Of a DNA stretch of 64,000 bases, positions 19,357-30,294 are shown in pieces. The DNA lies in the sequence record PP355768.1; one strand, given 5' to 3'. Every line of letters starts with the position of its first letter. The stretch's first letter is position 1. Both the position numbers and the translations under genes were made by a program. Under the pieces are notes generated by a model, which made no database searches, was not told the origin of the DNA, and worked only from the letters and a program-made list of their open reading frames with translations.

Positions 19357-19649
19357 TAGTGTATGAATACCTTTGAGCTTGATTGCGCGACAGTGTCGCC
19401 ACAAGAAATTGGATCGGCCATTTGAACAGCTTTTTTGCCTGTTACAAATACCTTGGATGTGCGAGGTTGAACAACTCCTCCATGCGTATCATGAGGGTCA
19501 ACCGTCTTGGTGTGTGGGGTAATTGAGTCGCCATCAACTAATACCGCTATTCCACCAGTGAATACTTTACTTTGTGTAGCATTTACTTCTGTCGGAGGAT
19601 ACGCACTATGCCCGGCAGTTAAGCATTTATTAAATGATAGTCCAGCCAT
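19356..19649 (-). CDS. 5.4: PAAR spike tip gp5.4
   Basis: [17 protein letters not shown]. Confidence 0.92.
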   Translation of the reverse strand: MAGLSFNKCLTAGHSAYPPTEVNATQSKVFTGGIAVLVDGDSITPHTKTVDPHDTHGGVVQPRTSKVFVTGKKAVQMADPISCGDTVAQSSSKVFIH

Positions 19650-20153
19650 TTAATTCCCCGCATATACATAAGCACGAAGCTGGTCGCCCCATCTACTCCA
19701 GTTGCCTTTAACTGTTTGAGAGTAAATCTTTTGCTTTTTATGTTCTGTTATGATTGGAGCGCTAGAACCTCCGGATGAACCTCCAGACGATTCTTCTGTC
19801 ACTGTATATATTATCTCAACTGTATAGGTAAATGTCTTCTCTAGTGTTCTGGGGGCTTTCCACAAATATAAATCAGCAGTTTTTGGATTAGGTAAATCCT
19901 CCCACGCTGAAGCGGACTTTAGCTCATCGCCTTCACGGTATTTAAGCACATCGTTTCCAAAAGTAAAAACTGAGTTATAATTACCTTTATAATAGGTTTC
20001 AGACACAGAGATATCAGATACTGGTTGATAGTCGATAATATTTATTGATTTTAATGTTTCGTTGGTAGATAATTGAGCAGTAAAGTACTGCTCAACGTAT
20101 TCACCTTCTATTACTTCGCGTAACGTGGTATTAATAGGAAGTATATCAGCCAT
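19650..20153 (-). CDS. 5.1: gp5.1-like protein
   Basis: MADILPINTTLREVIEG; between 5 and 5.4. Confidence 0.85.
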   Translation of the reverse strand: MADILPINTTLREVIEGEYVEQYFTAQLSTNETLKSINIIDYQPVSDISVSETYYKGNYNSVFTFGNDVLKYREGDELKSASAWEDLPNPKTADLYLWKAPRTLEKTFTYTVEIIYTVTEESSGGSSGGSSAPIITEHKKQKIYSQTVKGNWSRWGDQLRAYVYAGN

Positions 20154-20155
20154 GA

Positions 20156-20885
20156 TTAACCTACATCAATTCGTGAACCATCAACAGTGTATTGACCTTG
20201 GGCGATTGAGCTCATAGAAGCCATTGTCTCAGTCCAAGCCCCGCCAACATTCCAATTCACAGTACCTGCTACTTGCCAAGTTAAGTTACCACCGACGGTT
20301 ACGTCGTGGTTGCCATCTACTTTAGTAGTGGCATCACCGTTGACTTGGATATCAGCATTTCCTTCAACGACTATCTTAATGTTACCCTTGACAAAAATAG
20401 TACCATCGCCTTCAATAGTTTTGGTTTCATTTCCACGTACATAAAGCGTGTTATCGCCATCAATTTGCTGTCGACGATTATACATGTTATAATAGGTCTC
20501 GTTCCCTCCAACGTTAACCTTCTTATCCCCAGAGATTAAAATATTTCCATCGCCCTGAGTCATGTCATATAAATCGGCTACAGTTTTTCTGGTACGGCGT
20601 CCATCGGGAGCTACTTCTTCGTATGAACCTGTTGGGTGAACAATACGATAGCGTTCATAGCCAGGTGTATCATCAAACTCTTGGATATGACCTGATTCTG
20701 TTTCCATTGTGTGAACATATGGATACTGACCATTATATGAAGACTCAGGTTCTTTGAAAAGAATTCTTGAATCTTCCGGAGTCCATGGGTCTTCAGGATT
20801 ACCTCCAGACTTTGGTTCTACGTAAGCAGCAGACAGGTTTTTTCCTTCTGGCTTTGGAGCAGGAACTCCATATGATTCCATATTA
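20156..20885 (-). CDS. 5: Baseplate hub/needle gp5, C-terminal fragment
   Basis: YPYVHTMETESGHIQEFDDTPG, VxG beta-helix repeats, YTVDGSRIDVG. Confidence 0.95.
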
Positions 20886-20946
20886 CCCGTTAGTTGTGTC
20901 GTTTATTATGACTGGAGGATTGCTTTAGTTTAAGGGGCTTTGGCCC

Positions 20947-21969
20947 CTATACCTTCGCATATTTGTCAAGACGTAATTTAGCCATTAAACCTTGCGATAT
21001 ATTTTGATTAATATAATCCGTTATTTCAGAAGCAGTTGCCCCCTCTTTCATAATCATATCATTTATATCTTTGCTTTTCCAAGGCGACTTATCCCAGAAA
21101 ACTACCTTTTCGCCAGCATCTACTAAACGTTTCATACGCTTAATTGTATCAGGATGACGAGGTTCATGGTCCATAATCCACGCTCGGTTATCATGGCATG
21201 GAACTTGAGCTAAATCTAAAGACCCGCCAGTGATTGCAATAGCATTATCAATGAACAATGAATCTATTGGTCCTTCCATGACGAATACGAGTTTTGACTC
21301 ATCAATAGTGTCGAGACCATAAATTTTGGTCGCGTGTTCGTGGGCTTTGATTGTGATGTATTTTTGTGGAGCATTCTTTCGTAGTGCTCGTCCTTGAAAC
21401 GACTCAATCTCTCCTTTCTTGTTGAAGATAGGAATAACCAAACGTGGTTCGTTCGTCTCATTCTTATAGGTTCCTGGATTAACGGAGTTAACAAGAGAAG
21501 GCCATTGGTTAGTAAACCATAACCTTTTCCAAGAAGTGCTTGGAATACATCTGGCAGTCACGTATTTAACTATCGGATGTTCCTTAGGAAGTCTATCTAA
21601 TCTCTCGCAGAAATTAAGTTTTTCTATTACGGGGAGTTTTGCATTAATTTTCTCAGACGGTTCTACAGCCTTTGGCTTATCAAAGACCTGCTCCTTTCTT
21701 TTCTCAAGAAGATACTCTCGATAGAGGTCAGGTTCATTATCTTTAAGATACTGTGATAGCCACTTGTTATACTCACAGTTGAAGCAATGACAACGTAATC
21801 CTTGGCCTGCATCAAAAATCCAGAATCGGGCTTTATTGATATCTTTCTGTGAGTCACCACAAATTGGGCAACGGCAGTTTAACTTGAATGTTGAAGATGT
21901 AGTAACGTGTCTAAATTTAGGTAGGTGAGATATTGCACGAATTGCATACTCGTTATCAACCCAAGACAT
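20947..21969 (-). CDS. 61: DNA primase gp61 (complete)
   Basis: CRCPICGDS zinc finger, EGPIDS toprim. Confidence 0.96.
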   Translation of the reverse strand: MSWVDNEYAIRAISHLPKFRHVTTSSTFKLNCRCPICGDSQKDINKARFWIFDAGQGLRCHCFNCEYNKWLSQYLKDNEPDLYREYLLEKRKEQVFDKPKAVEPSEKINAKLPVIEKLNFCERLDRLPKEHPIVKYVTARCIPSTSWKRLWFTNQWPSLVNSVNPGTYKNETNEPRLVIPIFNKKGEIESFQGRALRKNAPQKYITIKAHEHATKIYGLDTIDESKLVFVMEGPIDSLFIDNAIAITGGSLDLAQVPCHDNRAWIMDHEPRHPDTIKRMKRLVDAGEKVVFWDKSPWKSKDINDMIMKEGATASEITDYINQNISQGLMAKLRLDKYAKV

Positions 21970-21985
21970 AATATTTCCTCTGGCC

Positions 21986-22171
21986 TTAAACTAATAAGGC
22001 CATTTTATCACTTTTTCTTGGCAGCATCTTTATCCGCTTTCGTTTCTTTGGAAGGGTTTCGGGTCCTTTATTGACAATGTCACCGGAAGTGGTACCTGAT
22101 GCAATATTCTGTGGATTGCCGCCAGCATCACCTGCGACCATCTCAGTAACAAACTCTTTGTATGTTTTCAT
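21986..22171 (-). CDS. 61.1: gp61.1-like protein
   Basis: MKTYKEF..AGDAGGNPQNI..SGDIVNKGPE. Confidence 0.8.
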   Translation of the reverse strand: MKTYKEFVTEMVAGDAGGNPQNIASGTTSGDIVNKGPETLPKKRKRIKMLPRKSDKMALLV

Positions 22172-22186
22172 AGAGCCTCCTACTAT

Positions 22187-22408
22187 TTATTCATGCGTAA
22201 TACGTAAGCATTTATATGTAGGATACAGCGTCGGAGACATTGATTTTGGATTGTCTTTGATAAGCATAAACTGCTTGCCTGTATCTTCACACTTTTGCTT
22301 AATCACGGCTTCATCTTTACCAGTGAATGCCATCTTTTCAGTAGACATTCCACCTGAACCAGTAGATAGCGCCATTATTAAAACGTACGTAATCATCCTA
22401 AAATCCAC
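22187..22408 (-). CDS. Hypothetical protein
   Basis: 73-aa ORF between sp and 61.1. Confidence 0.55.
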   Translation of the reverse strand: MDFRMITYVLIMALSTGSGGMSTEKMAFTGKDEAVIKQKCEDTGKQFMLIKDNPKSMSPTLYPTYKCLRITHE

Positions 22409-22690
22409 TTAACGATGTTGAAGTTATCAAACTGAGCATCACAGTAAAGAACATAATTCAACTTAAGTGCTGCGCCGTCGTCTTTAAGTTCTGCTTGCAC
22501 TTCTGTCTGTTTGCTCGGGTCTACGTTTTCAACAATATGACCAACATCTGCACGAATCTGCTGAGCTACTTCAGATTCATCAGCGGTCATTGACCATTCG
22601 CACAGGTCTTTATCATAGTTGGCCATAGCAGGAACTGCAGAGCAACTTGATACTGCGAACACTAAAGCAAGTACAATCTTTTTTTTCCAC
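22393..22690 (-). CDS. sp: Spackle periplasmic lysozyme inhibitor (start lost)
   Basis: YDKDLCEWSMTAD, NYVLYCD. Confidence 0.9.
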
Positions 22691-22722
22691 CAACTGTTGA
22701 ACCTGCTTTTAAATCGGCCATA
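22690..22722 (-). CDS. 36: gp36 first codons (junction)
   Basis: MADLKAGSTVGG after late promoter (TATTTATA 22745-22752). Confidence 0.7.
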
Positions 22723-22758
22723 GTTTATCCTCTTATATATTTTCTATTTATACGAAAA

Positions 22759-22780
22759 AAGGAAGCCCGAAGGCTTCCTT
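22759..22780 (-). terminator. Terminator after gene 35
   Basis: AAGGAAGCC-TTCG-GGCTTCCTT + T run on minus strand. Confidence 0.8.
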
Positions 22781-23915
22781 AATCAGATGTTTCTCTGAAC
22801 GATTGAACTGGAATAACACCGCTCGGATCGACTTTTGAATTTGGAAGTTCCATAATCATAGTGGTTCCTCCTTCAACGCCTTTATTCATTCTTACGCCAT
22901 TCACGCCAAATTCTTGAACAACACTGTTAAGTTTTTCGCTGTGTGCGGTTTGAACAAATACAAGGTTTTTGATTTTAGAATCACCAACTACGGACGTTTT
23001 TGGATATCGTGATACCACAATAGTAAATCCATCAGCGTCTGTAGGAACAGCGGTAAATCTTTCAAATCTTAGCCATCTATCAGCTCCATTTTTTGGAATT
23101 TCTAATGATACGCTTGAAGATAATAAAGATGTACCTTTGAACCATCTCAAGTTAGCCCTAGTAGTAGAACCTGCGTCAAGAAGGCTTTTAGATGCATACA
23201 TATCACACACTAAAAACACCGAATCCCCGGGAGATAATCCATAATCAGCGATTTTGCTTATAGATTCATTTTGAACTGGATATCGCTTATATTCATATCC
23301 AGTAGAATCCGAGTACTCATTAGTGTCTTCAATGGAACGATAAGGGCAACCTGTATATCCTACATCGCCAACGTTATCATATACCGTATCTACTTTAGCT
23401 CTGGAATCTTCTTTGACTACACCGTCATTTCCGTAAAATGATTCGATTAATATACGTCCTTTTGCTGCTCCAAGCACTCCAACATAGGCAGAGTTTGGAA
23501 ATGATTTAGAAAAGTCAGAACCTGGCCAAGAAGCAGACCACTTGTTTTTAAACCATCTATCTATCAACGGACTGGATTGAAATCGTTCATGCGTCATTAT
23601 AATATACAATCCCGAAGTTAATCCATTTGCATATTCTACAAACGCTTTGTTATTAGCGTTGTTATCATCAGTGGTAACATCAAAAGTTTTAAAGTTAATA
23701 AAACTATTGCCGTTAACCTGAACGACATTAATCCCCCTCCGTAAGGAGGAGGTCATATCAAAGGCACCATTAATATTCAATTCTGGCTTATTAGGAACAG
23801 CATTAGAATGCGTAGCATAAGCTTTTAGCCAATACTTCACAGAGTTTGCCTCAGAGAGGATTCGTGTTTCCACGAAATCCTCGCCAAAGGCTGCCATTAA
23901 AATTGGATCAGCCAT
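22779..23915 (-). CDS. 35: Long tail fibre hinge gp35
   Basis: MAAFGEDFVETRILSE; follows gp34. Confidence 0.9.
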   Translation of the reverse strand: MADPILMAAFGEDFVETRILSEANSVKYWLKAYATHSNAVPNKPELNINGAFDMTSSLRRGINVVQVNGNSFINFKTFDVTTDDNNANNKAFVEYANGLTSGLYIIMTHERFQSSPLIDRWFKNKWSASWPGSDFSKSFPNSAYVGVLGAAKGRILIESFYGNDGVVKEDSRAKVDTVYDNVGDVGYTGCPYRSIEDTNEYSDSTGYEYKRYPVQNESISKIADYGLSPGDSVFLVCDMYASKSLLDAGSTTRANLRWFKGTSLLSSSVSLEIPKNGADRWLRFERFTAVPTDADGFTIVVSRYPKTSVVGDSKIKNLVFVQTAHSEKLNSVVQEFGVNGVRMNKGVEGGTTMIMELPNSKVDPSGVIPVQSFRETSD

Positions 23916-24430
23916 TAATCACCTACCCATTCAAATTTGAGAGTTTGGTTTGGACGGTCTGGCCAGATTTTAACTGGACCAAGCTTAATCCATTCCAAAA
24001 CTTCAAGGGTTTTAACCTGAGTTGATACTGAGCTTGGAGCTCCGATATCAGCTGCAGTTGGAGGAGTAGCAGACGTGAACACTCGCATCCAATCATCAAA
24101 CTTATTAAGGTTTGGATTATAAATCCTCATCCACACAGTATGCGCGAAACGCTTATCCGCAGTTTCGGTTGTCGGAGGATAAGGTGTCCAAAGCTGATAA
24201 GTATTGTTTGTAGTTACACCAACTTGAGTTAAAACACCACCAGCTGCAGTTTTTTCTTCATATCCGGTCACTACTAAAGTGCTTGGGTTAGCAGGGTCAA
24301 TCGGTGTTCTGATCGGAACCATATAACCACGAAGGCCTTTTAACTTAGTAGCGTCTTTAATTTCAACAGTCCAAGAACCTTGTCTTATTACGGTTTCATT
24401 CGTTGGCACATACCAGGATTCAGAACCCGT
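23915..24430 (-). CDS. 34: Long tail fibre proximal gp34, C-terminal fragment
   Basis: VKIWPDRPNQTLKFEWVGD*. Confidence 0.9.
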   Translation of the reverse strand, partial: TGSESWYVPTNETVIRQGSWTVEIKDATKLKGLRGYMVPIRTPIDPANPSTLVVTGYEEKTAAGGVLTQVGVTTNNTYQLWTPYPPTTETADKRFAHTVWMRIYNPNLNKFDDWMRVFTSATPPTAADIGAPSSVSTQVKTLEVLEWIKLGPVKIWPDRPNQTLKFEWVGD

Positions 24431-24431
24431 A

Positions 24432-24887
24432 ATGACGATAGCAATGAAATCGTTACTTGCTGTTATTGTTGCTCTCACGCTGACTGGTTGTCAAATGCCA
24501 CAAGGTGATATCGTCCCGGCTTCTTCTGTTGGACAGGTGCGAGCAATTGGCGGTACTGTAGGATACTATCGTGCTAGCAACCAGGTCTCTGCTGAATCGC
24601 TCGCGGTTGAGCGTCGGTTGGCGAAAGAAAAAGCTAATCCTAATCGTCAGCTATCTGCGATGGAACTCGACATGATTGAGCAGAATAAGCATGAGCTGGA
24701 AGAAATTAAGCGTCTGCGTAAAACTCAAAAAGAACGTACATGTACTGCTCAAGCGGCAGCAGTGAATGACCAGATTCGTTTAACTGATTTTGCTAACGGC
24801 GGATTGAGTTATAATGAGCATAAACAACGTATGGAGCAGTTAAAATCTCTCCAAAATCACATCTACAACAAATGCATGTCTAACTGA
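24432..24887 (+). CDS. Putative lipoprotein in imm region
   Basis: Lipobox LTGC; upstream of imm/gene 42. Confidence 0.7.
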   Translation: MTIAMKSLLAVIVALTLTGCQMPQGDIVPASSVGQVRAIGGTVGYYRASNQVSAESLAVERRLAKEKANPNRQLSAMELDMIEQNKHELEEIKRLRKTQKERTCTAQAAAVNDQIRLTDFANGGLSYNEHKQRMEQLKSLQNHIYNKCMSN

Positions 24888-24922
24888 GGAGATTAACATG
24901 GAAGCAGTATTTGGTTTAATCA

Positions 24923-25433
24923 TGGTGAAACCCCAGCTATTTGGAAAGCAATTGCATCCAAACATGGTGAGATTAATTCTAACTATGGCTGGGCAGTTTG
25001 GTCATCACAAAACTATTCACAGTTTGCTAACTGTGCAAAAGAACTTATCAGCAATCCTGATTCTCGCCGCGGAATTATGATTTATACACGACCTCAAATG
25101 CAGTATGATTTTGAGCGCGATGGCATGAGTGATTTCATGTGTACTAACAATGTTCAGTATCTGATTCGTGATAATAAAGTTCATGCTGTTGTAAACATGC
25201 GTTCTAACGATGTCGTCTTTGGATATCGTAATGACTATGCGTGGCAGCTCTATGTTCTGGAACAGTTAACCAAACTTCTGAATGCATCAGGTAAAAATTA
25301 TTCAGTTGGCGACATTATTTGGAACGTCGGGTCTTTGCACGTGTATGAGCGTCATTTCTATCTTGTAGATAACTATGCTCACACGGGTGAAACTCATATT
25401 GCAAAGAAAGATTATAAAGGTGAATGGAAATGA
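24923..25433 (+). CDS. 42: dCMP hydroxymethylase gp42, C-terminal fragment (joined to imm start at 24898)
   Basis: GEINSNYGW, DFMCTN, NMRSNDVVFG, SLHVY. Confidence 0.93.
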
Positions 25434-25845
25434 TTCAGTTTGTAATTCCAAGTTATAAGCGCGCCGGGGCAGTTACTGCCCTGACTATGTTTCCTGAAGG
25501 TTATGTTCCACATCTTGTAGTACGTGAATCAGAAAAAGAAGCATACGAAACTTGGCACGGTCATGCTGCTAAAATCGTTACTGTCCCCGATGATGTTGAT
25601 GGAATTGCAGGAACTCGTCGTCTGATTACTGAAATGTATGCAGGACAACGAATTTGGATGCTTGATGACGATACGACCATTCATCTGACTGAAATTCGTG
25701 AACGCGACGATCGCCGTGTTCCACTTGGTGTCGGCGAGGCAATGAGCCAAGAGGTATTTGATGATATGGTCAAATACGTAGAGACTGCTATGGATTGTGG
25801 TTATTATCATGGTCATGCTCGCTTGCCGATTTTCAAAATACCTCG
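25424..25845 (+). CDS. Beta-glucosyl-HMC alpha-glucosyltransferase-like (T2/T6 type), N-terminal fragment
   Basis: IQFVIPSYKRAG, IWMLDDD, CGYYHGHARLPIFKI. Confidence 0.85.
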
Positions 25846-26368
25846 GAGAGTATTCCTCCTCGAGGGATTTAAACACTTTCTTATCGTATAGATTAACACA
25901 TTCTATCCCGTGCCTGCGAGCTATATCAACAGCTACTCTCGTCCCTCCAGATACACTCCCGCATCTTTTCTCAGGCGCCCAATATAATACCTTATCTACA
26001 GGCTCAGTGCATTCTAGGCCCAATACCTGCATAGAATTCCGTGCGAATAAAGTCTGCACTATCTTCGAGCATTCATCCCAGTACGACGTAACTTCTCTCG
26101 CCTTAATGATGCTTTTGATTTTGGCTTCGTTTGATAATTCAGACCATACAACAACACCTGTACCAGGAACATGGCCACAAAAGCCAGAATAAGGAATAAT
26201 CCTACAAGAATTTGACCTATCGTATTTCGCCAACCACGCTTCATCTGAACCCGGAGCTCCACCTGAATATGAAAAATGCCCCTCTTCCGAGAGGCGTTGA
26301 CCTATTGTAGTCATTAGACTCAGAACTCTGCGTGGCGCTTCTCGTGAACCAATAAGCGCCAATCTCAT
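25845..26368 (-). CDS. SLOG/DprA-Smf-like protein (3' end at junction)
   Basis: ALIGSRE, SGGAPGSD, SGGTRVAV motifs. Confidence 0.8.
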
Positions 26369-27375
26369 TATTCTAAAACCTCATGCCATTTACTACGAAT
26401 AGTGTTTTGAATTAAAGTAGTGATTTCTTTCTTAACAGCAGAAGGATTATCAGCGAATAGCATGTCATGACCTTCACGTGCTGCTTCGTTAATGATATCT
26501 TTCATAGTCAGACCCATAACACGACCGAAATCTTTAGCAGTTACAGTACCAATATGAGACAGAACGTTACTTACACGGTTCCAGGTTACATATTCAGAAA
26601 AGATTTCCAGAACACGCTTATCATTCTCGGTGAGTTCAACCTTCGCTTTAATAGGCTTATCGGATTTAGCCTTCTCACTGAACTTAGAGTTCTTACACTT
26701 AATAGCAACACGAGTACCATTATTGAAGAACTTAGGATGAACCGGCTTAAGAACATAGCCTTCAGCTACGCCAGTTTCAGAAGAAGCCTGCGGACCGAAC
26801 ACATGTTTATTTGCGTGTTCAAGGTCAGTCGTGTTAACAAGTTCATTATAGTAATTGACAATAGATTTAAAGTCATTTACATACTGAGATAGCTCGGCAA
26901 ATGAACCTCGACCAAGAAGTGGAGCCAATTTAAGACCAAGACCAGTAGCAAACGATTCTACTACATAATCGTCCCAATAAACTTTTTCATTACCGGAATC
27001 CGACAGGATATCAAATACGTAGAAATCTTTCTCACCATAATCTACGCCTTTCTGAATACCACCGCCAGCAAATTCGCCGAAGATTTGAACAGATACTAAA
27101 TCCATGGCGTTCAGCATGTTCTGCATCTTAACGAAAGAATCCTTATATTTCTTCATGATAATATCATGACCAAAGAAACTTTCACTTTCTAAAATAGGTC
27201 CAGTACGCTTAGCCGGAACGATTTCGGTAGGAGTAATAATCACACTGAAGTTAGTGCCATGAATCTTCTCACGAGCCACCCACTCAACAGTATGCATATC
27301 AAAACCAGCACCGCGAATCTTCTCGATGAACTTACCGTTGTAATGATTCTCAAGACTAGAATATTTTGCAAACAT
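26368..27375 (-). CDS. rnlB: RNA ligase 2 (complete)
   Basis: EKIHGTNFS, FGEFAG, EGYVLK, AIKCKN. Confidence 0.96.
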   Translation of the reverse strand: MFAKYSSLENHYNGKFIEKIRGAGFDMHTVEWVAREKIHGTNFSVIITPTEIVPAKRTGPILESESFFGHDIIMKKYKDSFVKMQNMLNAMDLVSVQIFGEFAGGGIQKGVDYGEKDFYVFDILSDSGNEKVYWDDYVVESFATGLGLKLAPLLGRGSFAELSQYVNDFKSIVNYYNELVNTTDLEHANKHVFGPQASSETGVAEGYVLKPVHPKFFNNGTRVAIKCKNSKFSEKAKSDKPIKAKVELTENDKRVLEIFSEYVTWNRVSNVLSHIGTVTAKDFGRVMGLTMKDIINEAAREGHDMLFADNPSAVKKEITTLIQNTIRSKWHEVLE

Positions 27376-27385
27376 TATAATTTCC

Positions 27386-27643
27386 TTAGAATGTGATTTT
27401 CATAAAGTCAGTATCACCGTTACGCTGGGAACTGGTATAATTTGTAACAAATCCTTCATCATGCAAATAATTAAGAACACTTGTAATATGTTTCTTAACT
27501 AAACTGCTAGGATACATAATTAGCTCACGTTGACCCGCTAAAGCGGTTTTCTCAATCTGAGTTAATACTTCTTCTTTTGCTGCTGATAATTCTTCTGTGG
27601 CTACGTTAATAGCTGTATTAGCCATTCTATCGGCAAGGTTCAT
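27386..27643 (-). CDS. Hypothetical, T4 24.2-like
   Basis: Position upstream of rnlB; weak recalled similarity. Confidence 0.55.
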   Translation of the reverse strand: MNLADRMANTAINVATEELSAAKEEVLTQIEKTALAGQRELIMYPSSLVKKHITSVLNYLHDEGFVTNYTSSQRNGDTDFMKITF

Positions 27644-27689
27644 AATTTTTCTCTCAATAAATAATTTATCAGTTAGGTCAAAATGTTCA

Positions 27690-27969
27690 ACGTAAGATTA
27701 CTGCGCAGAAATACATTTATTCCGGTGAGCAATTACAGCCTGAATTACAACGCAACGAAGGAATTATCATTCCTGAGTTCTCTGAACTTGATTTAGAACC
27801 AATAAAAAATATTGATGCTCTTGCTGATATTTCTGATGTGCAATACGCAGAAAGCGATGCAATTAATAAAGAAGCCGCTGAATATGTTCATCCGTATTAT
27901 GTTAATAACGGAAGAGGACTTGAGTCCCCTCCTAAAGCAGATTCGTTTGATGACGGGTTCTTCGAATAA
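27690..27969 (+). CDS. 14: Neck protein gp14, C-terminal fragment
   Basis: [15 protein letters not shown]...SFDDGFFE*. Confidence 0.85.
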
Positions 27970-28010
27970 ATAAAATAAAGATGGGACCTTTGGGTCCCTT
28001 AGGAGAAATC

Positions 28011-28835
28011 ATGTTTGGACATTGGTATAATTCGTCCTTACGCCGATACATTGTATTGCTTGGAGATTTATTTTCTCATGTACAAATTGCTCGTTGGCGT
28101 GAAGACACTGGACTAAAATATATTAAAGTACCTATCACTTATGCTTCAAAGGAAAAGTTCCTTTCTCAACTCGGAAAATGGACTGCTGTTCAGTCTACCG
28201 AGAATAAAGCAAAGATAGAAACTGTTTTGCCAAGAATGAATTTACACTTGGTTGATATGCAATACAACGCGATGTATAAAACATCACAGTTGAATAGAAC
28301 CAAATCATATAAAACCCCTTCAAAAATTACATCTCAGTATAATCCTACTCCGATTAAGATGATTTTTGAGTTGGGGATTTATACGCGGAACCAAGATGAT
28401 ATGTATCAAATCATCGAGCAAATCGTTCCTTATTTTCAGCCGCATTTTAACACGACTATAACTGAACTTTACGACAAAGACACAAGTTTTAACCGTGATG
28501 TTAGAATTGTATTACAGTCATTTTCTCCGGATGAAGCTGTTGATGGAGATAATATCACTCGTCGTAGATTAGAATGGTCGCTGATGTTTGAAGTCAATGG
28601 ATGGTTATATCCTCCTGTTGCCGAAGTTGACGGCGAAATTAGAACCATTTATTTAGATTTCTTCGCTAACAGCAAAGAGTTAACACCAGAAGGAAATTTT
28701 GAATCTGTGGATAGCGAAGTTACTCCACGTGATGTCCAGCACGAAAATTGGGATGGTTCTAGCAAACAGACGTATTCTCACGATATTCCTATTCCGGTAA
28801 ATCCGGAGGCTCCTGGACCGAGAGGTGAAAAATGA
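28011..28835 (+). CDS. 15: Tail terminator gp15
   Basis: [32 protein letters not shown]. Confidence 0.95.
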   Translation: MFGHWYNSSLRRYIVLLGDLFSHVQIARWREDTGLKYIKVPITYASKEKFLSQLGKWTAVQSTENKAKIETVLPRMNLHLVDMQYNAMYKTSQLNRTKSYKTPSKITSQYNPTPIKMIFELGIYTRNQDDMYQIIEQIVPYFQPHFNTTITELYDKDTSFNRDVRIVLQSFSPDEAVDGDNITRRRLEWSLMFEVNGWLYPPVAEVDGEIRTIYLDFFANSKELTPEGNFESVDSEVTPRDVQHENWDGSSKQTYSHDIPIPVNPEAPGPRGEK

Positions 28836-28985
28836 GTGACTTACAATTAGATATGGCTAAATTACTAGACATCGAAGGAATTCCCGGAATAGAAGGGCAA
28901 GAAATTCCAGTTTATGAAAAATTAGAATTAGTCGAAGTTAAATCTAATCCAAATGATCGTAAACCTGACCTCGAAGACGACTATT
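28832..28985 (+). CDS. 16: Terminase small subunit gp16, N-terminal fragment
   Basis: [20 protein letters not shown]. Confidence 0.88.
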
Positions 28986-28989
28986 CTGT

Positions 28990-29214
28990 CGTTCGTAAGA
29001 ATCTGAATGTGTTGATATATTAGCGCTTGAATTAGATTCAGCATTCAGCGATGGAGTAAAAGATTCACGTAGCCCGGCCCAGTGGACAACACTAATAAAT
29101 CGTAAGGCTAAGAGCATGAAAGATTTATGTGTCAATGCTCCTAACGAAAATATATGTTTAATGTATCGTGACCAATTAATGGCTCGTTATATGTCAGGAC
29201 TATCGTCAAAATGA
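28990..29214 (+). CDS. vs: Vs (valyl-tRNA synthetase modifier)-like C-terminal fragment
   Basis: SAFSDGVKD...C..C...LMARYMSGL; T4 order vs-tk.4-tk. Confidence 0.55.
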
Positions 29215-29603
29215 AAAAAGCAGCTATTTTATTATGCTGTGCATTTTCAGTTAATGCCTGGGAAAAGCTCCCAGGCTATCCTGAACCTGTACTAGCGGCG
29301 CAGGGGACTAAAATAGAAAGCAACGGTCCATTCAAGAACAATATTGAAATAGCATTTGTGCCTAGTAGTAGAAAACTGCTAATGTCATTTTATAATTACC
29401 AAGATAAAGATGACCAAGTGATAGTTCCACATGTTGAGTATAATGCTCGCGGATGTGGAATGCAGAGCGATGGCGTTTCTATTGACGGAGTAATGCACCC
29501 TAAAGAACAAGGAGTGCTGAACCCTATCCTTAACTGTAACAATGCTATATTTTTAAGAGTATACAATAATCTTAATGAATATGCAACATATAAAATTCCA
29601 TAG
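29211..29603 (+). CDS. Hypothetical secreted protein
   Basis: Signal-peptide-like N-terminus. Confidence 0.65.
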   Translation: MKKAAILLCCAFSVNAWEKLPGYPEPVLAAQGTKIESNGPFKNNIEIAFVPSSRKLLMSFYNYQDKDDQVIVPHVEYNARGCGMQSDGVSIDGVMHPKEQGVLNPILNCNNAIFLRVYNNLNEYATYKIP

Positions 29604-29611
29604 GTGAATAA

Positions 29612-30079
29612 ATGATTACTGGATATATTAAGGGTAATATTGTAGAATTATTCATGAAGCATGAATGCGATATCGCTCATGGGTGTAATTGCTTTACTAC
29701 AATGGGTGCCGGCGTAGCAGGACAACTTGCTAAAGCATATCCTCCAATTCTCGATATTGACATCGATGAAGACCGTTATTATGACAACAATTTAGCTAAG
29801 CTTGGAACTCATACTCGAGCCATTCACAAAAAAGGCACTGCATATTGCTATAATTTGTATACTCAGTATGCCCCAGGTCCAAATGTTGATTACGGCGCAA
29901 TTTTTAATGCATTCCATGAACTAAATTCTGGTCGTATTGTTTATAATCGTCCTCTGTACATTCCAAAAATTGGAGCTGGTATTGCTGGCGGTGATTGGGA
30001 ACTAATTGAGAAATTAATCAATTTAGCAACACCTGATATTGACATTATGGTGGTAGAATATGAAGAAGCTAAAAGCTAA
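29612..30079 (+). CDS. tk.4: Macrodomain protein (T4 tk.4-like)
   Basis: IAHGCNCFTTMGAGVAGQL, PKIGAGIAGG. Confidence 0.9.
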   Translation: MITGYIKGNIVELFMKHECDIAHGCNCFTTMGAGVAGQLAKAYPPILDIDIDEDRYYDNNLAKLGTHTRAIHKKGTAYCYNLYTQYAPGPNVDYGAIFNAFHELNSGRIVYNRPLYIPKIGAGIAGGDWELIEKLINLATPDIDIMVVEYEEAKS

Positions 30080-30294
30080 ATCCGTCTTGTTAGAGGTAAA
30101 TAGATGATTACTGAAGAGCAAAAAACTAAACTGTGGCAGTTGATTGACGATTATGCAGGTGCCGAGCAAGTAGTAGCTATTAGTGCCATTTACGGAAATG
30201 GTCTACCTGAAGAATACGATGAACTCATTCGTTCTAAGAATGCTATTTCTGATTTTATGGAGACACTTTAATGGCACAGCTTTATTTCAACTAT

